DNA of 64,000 nucleotides from Eledone cirrhosa (Eukaryota). The position numbers were made by a program, and so were the translations under genes. Below, piece after piece: positions 14,329 through 27,872 of this stretch. The stretch spans positions 124,558,001 to 124,622,000 of the forward strand of contig OZ024742.1 in the NCBI GenBank assembly GCA_964016885.1, written 5' to 3'. Within the stretch, counting starts at the first letter, position 1. Every line of letters starts with the position of its first letter. Below the pieces are notes generated by a model. It had not been told where the DNA came from and did not search any database. It saw nothing but the letters and a program-made list of their open reading frames with translations.

Positions 14329-14879
14329 CATGTGTATGGCTTTTAAAAGACAATTTACCTGGAAAGAAATTAGAGAGAAATTTACCATACTGAAAGCTTT
14401 CATTTCATTTCTCGCATTATAAATGTGAGTGTATGTCTTGCAATTTACTTGTAGCAGCAATCAACTTATTATTAATAGTTTTAGACTGCTGGGTTTTGTG
14501 TGTGTGTGATTGTGTTTGTGTGCGTGTGTGAGTGTGCATGTCGGTGTGGGTGTGGGTGTATGTGTGTTCGTGTATGTGTTACACTAAATGAATTATTTGT
14601 ATTCACTTATTGTTATTTCTAGTTTATATCCCATTCTTGTACAATAGCGGTGCGGTTTTATTTTGCGATTAATTAAAAAGAATGTCAGCCCTTATGATAT
14701 TTCTCAGAGCTCAAAATAGCTTGTGAGGGAAGAGATTTAGTCCAAAAGTTTGCAACAAAATTGACTCCGTTAAATCGGCTCGAGGACTAAATTTGAAACT
14801 GCCGGAATCAATTAACCAAAGTTATACCGTCAGAGGTTTATATAACTAAGAAATTATCATAAATATTTATCAGAAAGTG

Positions 14880-16790
14880 AGATCATAAAAGAGTAAATAA
14901 AAGAAAAAGAGAGTTTATATGTCTTAATCCGTATGGTAAGCAAATGGGGTCCCACATGCTGGCCTCCCCAGAGCCAAGGCGAACAGAATGAAGAAGGCGT
15001 TTCCCCGGAGCGTGGTAAGGGAGATGCGCTGGAAGAGCCATTCCAACTCGCGAGGCTCACACCAGTGGCTGGCCAGCTCAACGCCTATGGTGGTGAATAG
15101 GGAGGTAGATCTATTGTCAAGGACACCAGAGGTCTCCACTGGCAAGGTCACGACCACGAACCTGTCGGAGAGCAACCGATACTTGGAGAGTTTGGCCTCC
15201 TCAGTCCGGCGTGCAACAGCACCTGGGTTTGTTGCAGACTGCACCAGGTTGCAACTGGAGAAAGTGTCACTGCAAGTGGAATCGCAGACGATGGGTTTAC
15301 CACCGCGGAATAGGAAGATGGTCATACCGTCTGGCCTGTTGCCGTCCCCTCGGTCCAACCCCACCGGTTCAAGCTCGGAGGCGGAGGCTGAGCGCCCAAG
15401 CCATGCTTTATGATCTCGTTGAGGGCAGCATGGCGTGGAAGGCGGCCGTCACTGTGGCAACAGGAAAGCGGGTGGAGGCCGAAAGAGTCTACGCTGGATC
15501 AACAACGATATTTATGTGGCTCGCAGATCCGGAGTCCAAGCCTCACGGAAAATTAGATGCGCAAGTAATCGTTATCCATCTGCGTACCAGTGTAGGAGGA
15601 CAAGGCATTTAAGCCAGGCACCAGTCTTGGGTTTGGAGGCCACGCGATAACAGGCAAGACGCTGCTGGTCGAGCTGGCACGTGAGACTGTATGAGGCCAG
15701 GTTGCACTGGATGGCATCCTAAATTCTTTAGGGGGACTTGACGTCATCAGGGGGAGAAGGAAAAGGGACATCTACTGGGCTAAGTCGCAGCCGATCCCAC
15801 GTCTCAAAGGCGGCCTCACTTTTCATTGTCACAGAGAGTTCCATTGTGTTTTGGAGAACCCTGCTGACGAGAACGCGGCATCAGGTTACCGACGAAAGAA
15901 ACGCCGGCAAAGCCAGCGAGAACGGGGACTGGAAGCCAAGTTCGCCATATCTGACAGGTAAAGTGTCCTGTTGCCATCAAACGTCGTCAAATCTTACATT
16001 GCATATCGCTTCGGCTGCTGCTCGGATACAAGGTTCGGGGTCAGCGAGGACAGATGCGTGGCTGTAGCACAGGGCGCTGCGAAGGGTCTAGAGGAGGTTC
16101 CGTATGGCGAAGCAGTTCCTCAAGAGAGCTGGGTGGCCGTCGATAATGCCTGGTCGGCTCTTGAGGATCTGGAGTTGCTGGAGTCTGGACCTGATGGTGG
16201 AGGGAGAGCCGGTGGGTGGATCGGTGACACGAGTATGAGTACATTCTCTTTGGGGGTACCTGTACCTGGTGGAGAATGGATCGCACGTCCGAGACGGAGG
16301 CTGCAACGCTCTCAGCATCATCACTGATATTCACCATCTCCAACTTGAACGAGGTGACCTGGAGGCCGATTGCTTCTAGGTCAAGAACGACCGATTGAAG
16401 GTCATGGCAAACAGTCTCCACGGGCCAGGCCAGCGTAGCATCATCCAGCTACCAAACGTTGAGAGGGGTCGTGATCTATACTGAGGGCAAACAGAAGGGG
16501 GGCCAAGGGGTTGCCCTGTTGGAACCCAGTGGCCGAAGGTATGACTGTATCAGCAGCAAGGCGCATGCTCGGGACTCGATATGACAGGTAGTCCAGTGGG
16601 TAGGCGGAGCGGAGGTGGCTCGGCTGAGGCAGTCATCGAGCAGATGGTCTCGGCGTATGCAAATAAATGCATGCTTCATGTCAAGCTTTACAACGAGGTG
16701 CCTGGAGTCCCTGCATGCCGGATACGGTGGGCAGCTGTTGAAGAACTGCCTGGTTGCATGTGCGGCCCCCTCACAGCCACCGGCGTCTTA
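14880..16790 (-). mobile_element. CRE-clade-like non-LTR retrotransposon (RT plus restriction-like endonuclease), 5' truncated and degraded
   Basis: VKLDMKHAF..RRDHLL, QQG.PL.PLL, WxLDDATLA, HPALLRNCFA, then GLDRGDGNRPDGMTIF.FRGGKPIVCDSTCSDTF (RPDG-type endonuclease); GC-rich against the background. Clade call rests on motif memory. Confidence 0.8.
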
Positions 16791-17344
16791 ATTTAAGATT
16801 ACATATTCACATATATGTGTTGAATATATAAAATATATGAGTTGACATTACATACGCATATACACACAGCAAACACATATATATATATAACGATCTATCT
16901 ATCTATCTATCTATCCATATATTTATATATATGTATATATATATGTATATATGTAAATATATATATGTATATATAAGTATGTACACGGACATACATATAT
17001 GTATACAGACGTACAATAGTATGTATATATATATACATACACGCACACATATATATATGTACGTATGGATTCACCGAACATTTATTATAATGCTCGGTGT
17101 ACAAGAAACTCATTAGAAACATTAATTAGTGTGTAGGTTAATGAATTATTAGCTGACATAAAAGTACTAACATTTCGTGAGATTAGATTATATCATCAGC
17201 AAATACTGCAAAGTGGGACACACGAAATACGAATTAGTATTGTCTTTGTCAATGACATGTTGTACAGATCCTTTAACGGTATTCATTTTAGCTTTCTGTG
17301 TGCAGATTTCCAATCACACTTGGGTTCATTTTGGTTTTCAATAA

Positions 17345-17530
17345 TTTAATTGTTTATACTTTTGGGAAAAGGTCACACATTATCCCAGTGTATCACTGGT
17401 ACTTTATTTTATCTACCCCGTAAGGATGAAAGGCAAAGTTAACCTTGGCGTGATTTGAACTCAGACCATAAAAGGTCGTAACTCTTTGCTGCAAAGCATG
17501 ACGTCTGACCCTCCATTGATACTGCCAATA
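17345..17530 (-). mobile_element. tRNA-derived SINE, family A
   Basis: ctggtactttattttatc..aaggatgaaaggcaaagttaacc..gatttgaactcag..actgccaat. Confidence 0.85.
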
Positions 17531-18464
17531 ATTTAATGTCGGTAAGGTGCAAGTCCTGAAATGGAGACCTCTCTATATATCCATTAATTGCCCTTTCGCT
17601 CTCTCTCTCTCACTCTCTTTCATTATCTCTCTCTTTCTCTCCTCCCTCTCTCCCTCCCTCTTCGCGTTCACTACTTCTGTCTGTCCTCCGAAATCTAGAC
17701 GGATGGGCTCTGCCAAATTAAACCTGAATGTCACAATTAGCGAAGAATCAGTGTACTAGTAGAGGATCTAACTGACTCATGTTACTAGATTTAACTCCAA
17801 TCTGATTGCTGTCGTGTTCACCCCTCAGCTCCGCAGCCTTTTTATAATTATGTGCAAGTATTATAAATGACCACCAAGTGGATTCATTGTATACCATACT
17901 TATAAATAAATTCTAGACAAAAGAAGTCAGTAGTAACATAATCTCTTTTGAATTTGTAAGTCATGAAGTGTGACAATGTTTATTACTATTCAAGGTCTTG
18001 GAGTCTGGTATGTGAGAAGTAGTAAGAATTTCTTAAACCAGAAATCTGCCTCGAAATTGTGCAGCAGAATTCGTTACTTTATATTTAGCCAAGGGCCAAG
18101 TTGTAATTTTAAACGTTGTGATGGATTACGGCTACCACGGTAGAACTTGATCTCAGAATCGAGAGAACTGGAACCATTAATGAAAAGTTTCTCGTCGAAT
18201 ATGTTTACGACCCTACCGATCTGCCACTCTAAACGGGCAATTTCCTTATCGATCCCAAAAGGATGAAAGGTTTGAATTTGAACTCGGACGACAAGAAGCT
18301 GGAAGTACCAAAGAAAGGCTAAGCAGTTATCTTCGAGGAAATGCGGGGATTCCACTGGCGTCAGGAAAGTCAAAGAATAGCAGATTTATTTTATTTAGTT
18401 GATTAAATGTTCTTTGATATAAAGCTTGATTTTCTTTTTAATATTAGCATTGTCTTAATTATTA

Positions 18465-18680
18465 TGAGGGCGGAGGATTGTGAGGATCATTAGAGCGTCG
18501 TACAAAATGTGTTGTGGCATAGTTTCGGTCCTTTGCCTTCTCAGTTCAAATCCTGCCGATGTTAGTGAAGTATTTTATCGTTACGAGGTCAATAAAATAA
18601 GGTGTGAATAACTCCCTGGGATCGATTCCATTAATCTTCGCATTCCCTTCAAATGGCTGTCCTTGTGTAGACACATTTAT
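18465..18680 (+). mobile_element. Diverged SINE related to family A
   Basis: agttcaaatcctgccga..gaggtcaataaaataagg..ggctgtccttgtg. Confidence 0.55.
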
Positions 18681-19084
18681 TTTAAACATTATTTGATATT
18701 TCATTCATATTTTAACTAACACCAACTACAAAATATATATCAAAGAATAAGCAGATAAACACACAAATTAGAGTGTCCTTAAATGTTATCTGTAACAAAG
18801 GGATGACTATTTTTTTATGTCTAGTTGATGGTCATGGGTTTTTTAAAAAACACGTGTTCCTTCGCATTTTTGAAAAGAAAATAATAATAAAAATAAAATA
18901 AAACCAAAACTACAAATGTCATTCAAAATAATTCCCGGGGAATTAGCCGTTATTGACATGGTACAATATTATCTGAGAATCCTACAATAATAAAAATATT
19001 CTAGAAAAGTTTAATTTCATAACTAATGTATATGAAAGGAAATATAAGCAGAGGAAATTAGCCATATGTGAACGGTCAAATTTG

Positions 19085-19166
19085 ATAATTCGTATAATAT
19101 AATCATTATTCTACAAGGAATATGTATAATTCGTATAATATAATCATTATTCTACAAGGAATATGT
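19085..19166. repeat. Perfect 41-bp tandem duplication
   Basis: ataattcgtataatataatcattattctacaaggaatatgt occurs twice. Confidence 0.9.
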
Positions 19167-19985
19167 ACTTATCTTAGTAGTACATATTTTCATTAAGAAA
19201 CTAAGAATATTGATGTAGGAACATTGATGTGATATAGCCGGTTTTAATAAGACGGTGCTTCAAGGAAAGCATCTTCTACACAAATGTTTTCCATTCCGTT
19301 TGTGTCATTCAGAAAGATTTGTATTGTTCTGTAAGTTTTTTTTTATGTTTCGATTAGATTCTAACCACAATCTCATGCTGTAGTGATGTCTTATTTGACA
19401 AGGAGTGATTGATTCGTTTCTTTGCGCCGCGTAATCAGATAAATATCGATTTCTTGAAAGGAACCTAATAGGAATACTCGTCACGAAACAGCTTTTAATC
19501 TAATAGATGGCTTTTAAATATGTCCATCAGCTAATGAGAGTGGAAGAAAGAGAGATAGAGCATGGTAGTGTTGGAAAGATATCCACCTTGTAGATCTACA
19601 TTTGCTATAAAGGACCACTTATCTTTTGGTTTCCTACCCCATTTTCCTTTTACTTTATACATGATATTATTCTTTTCTTAGTGCCAATTTCTGTTGTGTT
19701 TATTGATGTAGGCATAAAATAGTATTAAAAGTCAGATTACTATCGACGTTCCTCTCTACTGATATTTAACTGACAATAAAACATACTTGGTTACTCTGAA
19801 GAGCATTGAAAAATAGAATGAGAGAAAGAAGGATGCGAAAAAAGGTAATGAGAGTGATAAAAAAAAAAAGAATGGACCGATTGAGAGGTACTAAAGAAAG
19901 AGTGATAGAGCCGAATAGAGGTATATATATATGTATGTTTATATATAGAAAGAGGGACAGGGGAGAGATTGATATATGTGTGTGT

Positions 19986-20335
<350 letters not shown>

Positions 20336-20336
<1 letters not shown>

Positions 20337-21605
20337 TGAGAACTGAATACATTCGGAGAGTAAGGAGCGTATTGAAGTCACATCTGAACAGCAGAAATGC
20401 GATAAGCGCAGTAAATTCCCGAGCTGTGTCTATCATTAGGTACAGTGCGGGAATTCTGAGATGGAATGTTGCTGAACAAAAAGAAATGGATAGGAAGACT
20501 AGGAAGCTATTGACTATCTACAACATATTCCACAAGAGGAGTGATGTCGATAGACTCTACCTAAGGAGATCTGAGGGTGGAAGAGGTCTTATCAGCATAG
20601 AGGACTGTGTTCAGATGGAGAAAAACAACCTACACAAATACGTGACCTATAGTAAGGAGCCAATGCTCAGAACTGTACTGAAGGAGGGGACAGTAGGCCA
20701 GGGGATGTCCAAGGAGGAAATAACATCAAGGAGGAAGAGCAGCCTTAAGGTAAAATCCCTTCATAGTACCTTCTTTGAGAAAACTGAATTTAGAGATCCA
20801 CAGACATGGAACTGGTTGAGAAGAGGAGACCTCAAAAAGGCTACAGAAGGAATGCTAATGGCTGCGCAGGAGCAGGCACTCAAAACGAAGTGGTTGAAGC
20901 ACCATATTTACAAGGAGGAGGCTAGCCCACTGTGCAGGATCTGTGGAGAGAGAGAGGAGACTGTGGCTCACATTGTGTCCGAGTGTAAACACCTAGCCCA
21001 GACCCACTATAAGGGCTGGAGACACGATGTGATGGGCAGGGTGATCCACTGGCACCTGTGCAAAGTAAACAATTTACCACATTCTGAGAAATGGTATGAG
21101 CATAGGCTAGAGGCGGTGATGGAGAACAATCAGGTGAAGGTGCTGTGGGATTTTAGGATACAGACGGACAAAAAACTGGAACACAATAGACCTGACCTGG
21201 TGGTTGTGGACAAAGGAAAAAGATCGTGTCTGATTGTGGATGTGGCCTGCCCTTTCGACACGAGAGGGCAAGAGAAGGAGAGGGAGAAAATTAACCGATA
21301 CCAGGACCTAAAGTGGGAGGTGAAAAGGATTTGGAACTGCCATGAAGTCAAAGTGATCCCTATTGTCATAGGCGCACTGGGGACTATCTCCAAAAGTTTC
21401 CAGGGATGGTTAAAGAAAATCGGCCCCTTCACGCTTTTTGGAACGCTTCAAAAGGCATGCTTGCTTGGAACAGCAAGAACCCTCCGATACGTCCTGAATA
21501 TCTGAGGCTGCAGGTAGTGGCTTGATATTCATTCCAACGGACTTTCCAGTTAACCAACATCAATGACTGAGATTCAAGGAATAACAATAATAATAATAAT
21601 AATAA
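20336..21605 (+). mobile_element. R4/Dong family A, 5' truncated copy with an intact 389-aa C-terminal frame
   Basis: DVDRLYL.R.EGGRGL, CCHC finger CRICGEREETVAHIVSEC, RHD, restriction-like endonuclease RPDLVVVDK..LIVDVACPFD..EK..YQDL; (AAT)n on both sides. Confidence 0.93.
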
Positions 21606-21606
21606 T

Positions 21607-21688
21607 GTCTCTTGAGGTCACTGGTTGTGACTTGGTGATAACTCATATGAACATAAAGCAAGATAAATGCAACTGTAATAATAATAAG
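21607..21688 (+). mobile_element. R4/Dong family B, 3' UTR tip
   Basis: gtctcttgaggtcactggttgtgacttggtgataactc..agataaatgcaactgtaataata is nearly identical to 27767-27845. Confidence 0.9.
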
Positions 21689-22477
21689 AGTTCCACAGAC
21701 ATGGAACTGTTTGAAAAGAGGAGACCTTAAAGAGGCTACAGAAGGAATGCTAATGGATGCGCAAGAGCAGACCCTCAAAACGAAGTGGCTGAAACACCAT
21801 ATTTACAAGGAGGAGGCTAGCCCACTGTGCAGGATCTGTGGAGAGAGAGAGGAGACTATGGCTCATATTGTATCCAAGTGTAAGCACCTAGCCTAGACTC
21901 ACTATAAAGGCAGGAGACATGATGTGATGGGCAGGGCGATCAACTGGCACCTATGCAAAGTAAACAATTTACCACATTCTGAGAAGTGGTATGAGCATAA
22001 GTCAGAGTCGGTCATAGAAAACGATCAGGTGGAGGTGCTGTGGGATTTTACTTAGGGTACAGATGGACAAGAAACTGGAACACAATAGGCCTGACCTGGC
22101 GGTTTTGGACAAGGAAAAAAGATCGTGCCTGATTGTGGATGTGGCCTGCCCATTCGACACAAGAGTGCAAGAGAAGAAGAGGGAGAAAATTAACCGATAC
22201 CAGGAGTTAAAGTGGGAGATAAAAAGTATTTCGAACTGCCATGAAGTCAGAGTTGTCCCGATTGTCATAGGCGCACTAGGTACTATCTCAAGGAGTTTCC
22301 AGGGTTGGCTAAAAAAAATTGGCCCCGCCCCCCTTTTTGGAACACTTCAAAAGGCATGCTTGCTGGGAAGAGCAAGAACCCTCCGATACGTCCTGAATAT
22401 CTGAGGCTGTAGGTAGTGGTTTGATATTCATTTCAACAAACATTCCAGTTAACTAACATCAATGACTGAGACTCAAA

Positions 22478-22537
<60 letters not shown>
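21689..22537 (+). mobile_element. R4/Dong family A, second 5' truncated copy with (AAT)n tail
   Basis: ORFs 21711-21896 and 22063-22404 repeat the C-terminus of 20336-21505 with a stop and a frameshift. Confidence 0.92.
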
Positions 22538-22538
<1 letters not shown>

Positions 22539-22689
22539 TTTTTGGAACGCTTCAAAAGGCATGCTTGCTGGGAACAGCAAGAACCCTCCGATACGTCCTG
22601 AATATCTGAGGCTGCAGGTAGTGGCTTTATATTCATTCCAACGGACTTTCCAGTTAACCAACATCAATGACTGAGATTCAAGGAATAAC

Positions 22690-22700
<11 letters not shown>
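22538..22700 (+). mobile_element. R4/Dong family A, third very short 3' copy
   Basis: Near-identical to 21435-21590. Confidence 0.9.
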
Positions 22701-22902
<202 letters not shown>

Positions 22903-23879
22903 CGCACGAGGTGGTAGAAAGTCATGAAATCGCTCCCGTAAGTTTTTGATTTTTAACATATTTAAATCAATTGTGAAATAACAATTCTTAGTACAAATGT
23001 TGCATAAACCACTTTATGAAGTCCCATAAAATTTCGGATCCATATTACATTGTTATATCGCTCAAATATTCAATTTTGTATTATATATTTTGTATTCAAA
23101 AAAAGAAAATGGTTATAAATGGAAGAAAACACCCTCTGTCTACACTATATAGAACAGCCAAATAACAGCAATTTCACCAACACCAGAATCTTGATACACC
23201 ACCTATCCCATCACACTAAATATAACAGCCAGATAACGGCAATTTCACCACCACTACCATCAATCCCGGGATGATGATAATAATTACTATTATTATTGTC
23301 TCAAATTTTAACAAAATGTTTAATTCCAATTTTACGGGAATATGTCAACACAATATATATTAAACATACGAACACAAACTCATAGATACTACATATCACA
23401 AAACCCAGTAACCACAACGCCACCGCCGCCACCACCCCATCCATCATCTTGCTACCACTATCCCATCGCCGCCGCCACCACTCCTTCATTGCTACCACCA
23501 CTATTCCCCTGTTAACTTGAGAGAGAAAGGGGAAGGTGGCGGTATCACTAGACAAGGGAGAGGCTAGCAAAAGATAGAAATAGATTGACTTAGTTACCTG
23601 GCCACCGGCCAAACGTCAACATCAACAACTATGGGATTTCTGGCTCACCCCTTCCTCACCAGCAATATAAAAAGCCCCGGCACCACCACCGACATAGCCA
23701 ACAACAATATCAGGCAACTACAGTAAAAAGTATATTATATTATTGTAATGCACTGGGTGATTGCTAGCCTTGTGCCTGGAGTGGAGACAATTATTAATAA
23801 TTTCATTCTTAACCCACGCAATGCTCACATTAAGGAACCACTCATGATAATAACAATTAAAAAAAAACAACAAAAAGAA

Positions 23880-26800
23880 AACCCCGTGACCAAGAAATAC
23901 CGGGATGGCGGCCGGCGGGGAATAGCCGTGTCTCTAGGGGAGAACGACCCCTCTAGTCTTGGTTGACACTCGTTCTAGAAGTGGTAACACGAAATGATTA
24001 CCCCTTGGCGGTTAAGGATAACACGCGACAAAATAAAGTAAATGTCTACTGATAAAATCTCATACCGGATCGGCCGTCACCCGGGTAAAAAAGGGCCGCG
24101 TCCCTCAGAGAGGAACCAGACTGAGGTCGAAAAATCAGCTAATGGTTCAAACCTTCCCATCACTTCGGAGCTGGAGACCTCCCATAACCGGAATACTCCT
24201 ACTGTTGGCCCTCCTTGCTCACCACCAAGAAATCCAAAGAAAAAGAGAGAAAAATGGTCAAGGGAAGATAATAAAGAAGTCCTTGAGGCTTTCTACACTG
24301 CCATGTACTACCCATCAAATACATCGAATACAGAACAGACATATATCAACTGGAAAAAGAAATATCCCGAAAACAGAGGCTATATTGACAGTAACAAACT
24401 AGCCAACATACGAAGAAATATTGTAAGAAAAAAGTTACTAACGGATATAGAAATTGATCAGATCAAGCTATTAGCACAAAGTCAGCGAAGGGAAAATGAA
24501 ACATGTGTCAGTGAAAACGAGGTAAACTGTATCACTTCGAACCCCAGGGTTGGGGCGGAATCACTGGCAACAAAACAAATTAAAGAAAGGATCGAAAAAG
24601 TGGAGGGAGTGCATGCTCAGGATGAAACTCCAAATGAAAATAATGAGATCGTAAATGATAAAGAAATGAATGAGAATGAACTTGCCAACTAGAAGGATGA
24701 AATTATGATCGAATGGATGAAAATGAAAGAATCTGACATGGGGCAACGACACACCCTCCTTAAGATCCAGAACTCCAAACAGAACCAAAAGATAATACAC
24801 AAGACTAACATAATTCTCAAAATCATTATCATCACAAACAAACTAAACATTACTCATTTAAATCATCTATGTTATGCATCGGCTAAAGTCACCACTCACT
24901 TATGTGGAGTGAACATGAAAAAACAAAGGAATTCCCACAAGAAATCTACTTGGCAAGAGAACATCAATCGCCAAATAAACCTTCTCCGATCTGACATAGA
25001 AATTTTAACAAACTATAAAGTAGGAGAACATGTTAAACAAACTGAACTTAGAAAATTGAAAAAAAAGTACAGTATAAAATCAACATGTGACATAAACATG
25101 CTGATAGAAATAATCAAGCAAAAAGTGTCGGCCAAAGCTGCTCGTATAAGGCGCTTTGAGAAACGATCTAGATTCTATAAGGACAATAATATGTTCAAAA
25201 ACAACCAAAAAAACTTCTACAGAAAAATTGGTAAGTCAACAATAACTGCTAAATCAATACCACCCAAGGAGGAAGTGCAAGCATTCTGGGAAAAGATCTG
25301 GGCCGAAGAAAAAGTTCATAACATACATGCGCCATGGATAGACAGACAAATGAAAGATACAGCTCACCTTGAGGAACAAATATGGGAAAATATAACAGTT
25401 GAACAGTTGCGCTTGGCTCTAAGAAAAACCAGCAAATGGAAATCCCCAGGAAAAGACAAAATACAAAACTTTTGGATAAATGCCTTCACAGAGTCTCATG
25501 AGCTGTTAGCCCAACTTTACAATGAAATAGTTAAGAAGACAGAAAAGATACCATCATGGCTAGTTAACGGCATTACATTCCTGCTTCCGAAGAATGATGA
25601 GACAAACAATCCCAAAAATTACAGACCGATAACTTGCTTGACCACAATGTATAACATTTTAACATCAGTCCTAACTGAATACACATATGACCACCTGATA
25701 ACAAATGACCTATTTCCCATTGAGCAGAAAGGGTGTAAACGAGGCTCATATGGCTGTAAGGATCAGCTTCTGGTTAACAAAATGATACTGGAAGATTGTC
25801 ATAATAGACACAAAAATCTATCGATTGCTTGGATAGATTATAAAAAAGCATTCGATAGTTTGCCACACAGTTGGATTGAAAAATGTTTAGAGATTTTCAA
25901 AATATCCCCCGTTGTCAGGAGGTTTTTGTCATTCAGTATGAAGACATGGAAAACGACACTCCTTTTGAATAGTGAAACAAAATCACTGGAAGCTGGAGAA
26001 GTTAATATTAACTGTGGAATTTTTCAGGGTGACTCTTTATCACCGCTTTTATTCTGCATCGCACTTATACCATTAAGTAAAATGCTCAATGAAACAAAAC
26101 ATGGATATAAAGTCTATGACAAAACCATTAATCACCTATTCTATATGGATGACCTGAAACTATTTGCAAAAAATGATGAACAATTGCAAGGGCTATTACC
26201 CACTGTGGAGCAGTTCAGTGATGACATTAAAATGGAGTTTGGACTAGATAAATGCGCCAAAGCAACGTTCACCAGAGGAAAGCTGTTGAAGTGTTCAGAG
26301 ATTAACCTTGATCGGGGGAACGTGATAAGAGAACTTGATCAAGAAAAAACTTACAAATATCTAGGTGTTTGTGAAGGAGACGGAATCAAGCACTCGACAA
26401 TGAGGGAAAGGATAAGGAAGGAATGTTACCGCAGAGTAAGAGCAATCTTAAGAACGGAATTGAATGCAAGGAATAGGATCGATGCAATAAACACGCTTGC
26501 CATACCAGTAGTAACCTACAGTTACAATGTCATCAACTGGTCAAGCACAGAGATCCATAGGCTCGATACAAAAATTCGAAAATTCTTAACCATGCACAGA
26601 ATGCATCACCCTAAGGCAGATATAGATAGAATATATCTCCCTAGGAAAGAAGGAGGACGTGTGTTAATCCAGTTAGACATTGCGTTGAAAACTGCAACAA
26701 TTGGATTATCTACATATCTAAGGGAATGACATGATTGGATGATCAAACTCGTTTTGAAACACGAAAGCATCAAAAGATCATATTCCATTACAAAAGATGC

Positions 26801-27834
26801 ACAAAGATACAGTAATGGACTACAAATTTCAGAAGTCCCGTTTACTGCTGAAATGGAAAACACAGAAAAACAAAGCAGGTAAAAGTAACTGCAAAGAAAG
26901 AACTGCTACAGAAACTGGCTAAGAAATGGCAAGAAAAGCCTCTGTATGGAAAATACCCAGAGCGAGCTAACAATCCTGATGTTGACAAAACTTTAACCCA
27001 TCAGTGGTTGGCATCCTCTGGACTGAAATCGGAGACTGAAGGACTGATTATATCAGCACAAGATCAGTGCCTGCCAACAAAAAATTACCAAGCCAACATA
27101 ATAAAAAATGGATGCAGCCCATTATTCCGTGTATGCAAAAAATAACCAGAGACCATTGACCATATAATTTCAATGTGCATTCCTATAGCTCCAACCGAAT
27201 ACCTAAACAGGCATGACAGAGCTGCACAATACATACATTGGATAATGTGTAAGCATTTTGACCTGCCCCATCAAAAGAATTGGTGGGAGCATCAAACACC
27301 TCCCATACTTGAAAAAGATCACATCTCAATCTTGTGGAACTTTAGCATCCAAACAGACCGAAAAATAGATGCAAAAAGACCTGATATAATATCGAAGGAC
27401 TTTAAAAAGAGGGTATGCCTGCTAATTGATATGTCTGTTCCAATAGACAAGAATGTATCTATAAAAACATTTGAAAAATTGAGCAAGTATAAGGACCTGG
27501 AGATAGAAATTGGAAAAATGTGGAAATTGAGAACTAAAACAATACCAGTGGTTGTAGGCGCTCTGGGAATGATACCTAAGGGGTCTAATGATTACTTATC
27601 GCAAATCCCAGGAAACCCACGTATAGGAGAAATACAAAAGATAGTACTAATTGGAACTGCCCATATACTAAGGAAGATTCTGTCAATATAAGTACATCAC
27701 AAGTCTAAACACTAAAGATGCATGTGTGAGTATGTATGTTCTTTCTTGAACATGGCGGACCTTGTTGTCTCTTGAGGTCACTGGTTGTGACTTGGTGATA
27801 ACTCGTATGAACATAAAGCAAGATAAATGCAACT

Positions 27835-27872
<38 letters not shown>
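23880..27872 (+). mobile_element. Near full-length R4/Dong-clade non-LTR retrotransposon, family B; single ORF about 24042-27691 broken by a few stops and frameshifts
   Basis: N-terminal REKWSREDN motif; RT (WKSPGKDKI, NYRPITCL, EQKGC, WIDYKKAFDS, GIFQGDSLSPLLF, HLFYMDDLKL, YKYLG); degraded CCHC; RHD; RPDII..LIDMSVP..EKLSKYKDL; (AAT)n tail. Confidence 0.95.

Noticed and set aside
17165-17208. Minus-strand CTGATGA..GAAATGTTA string
   Set aside because: No credible stem II.
22905-23095. Possible DNA-transposon remnant (also 14640-14830)
   Set aside because: No paired TIRs or transposase motif could be supported.
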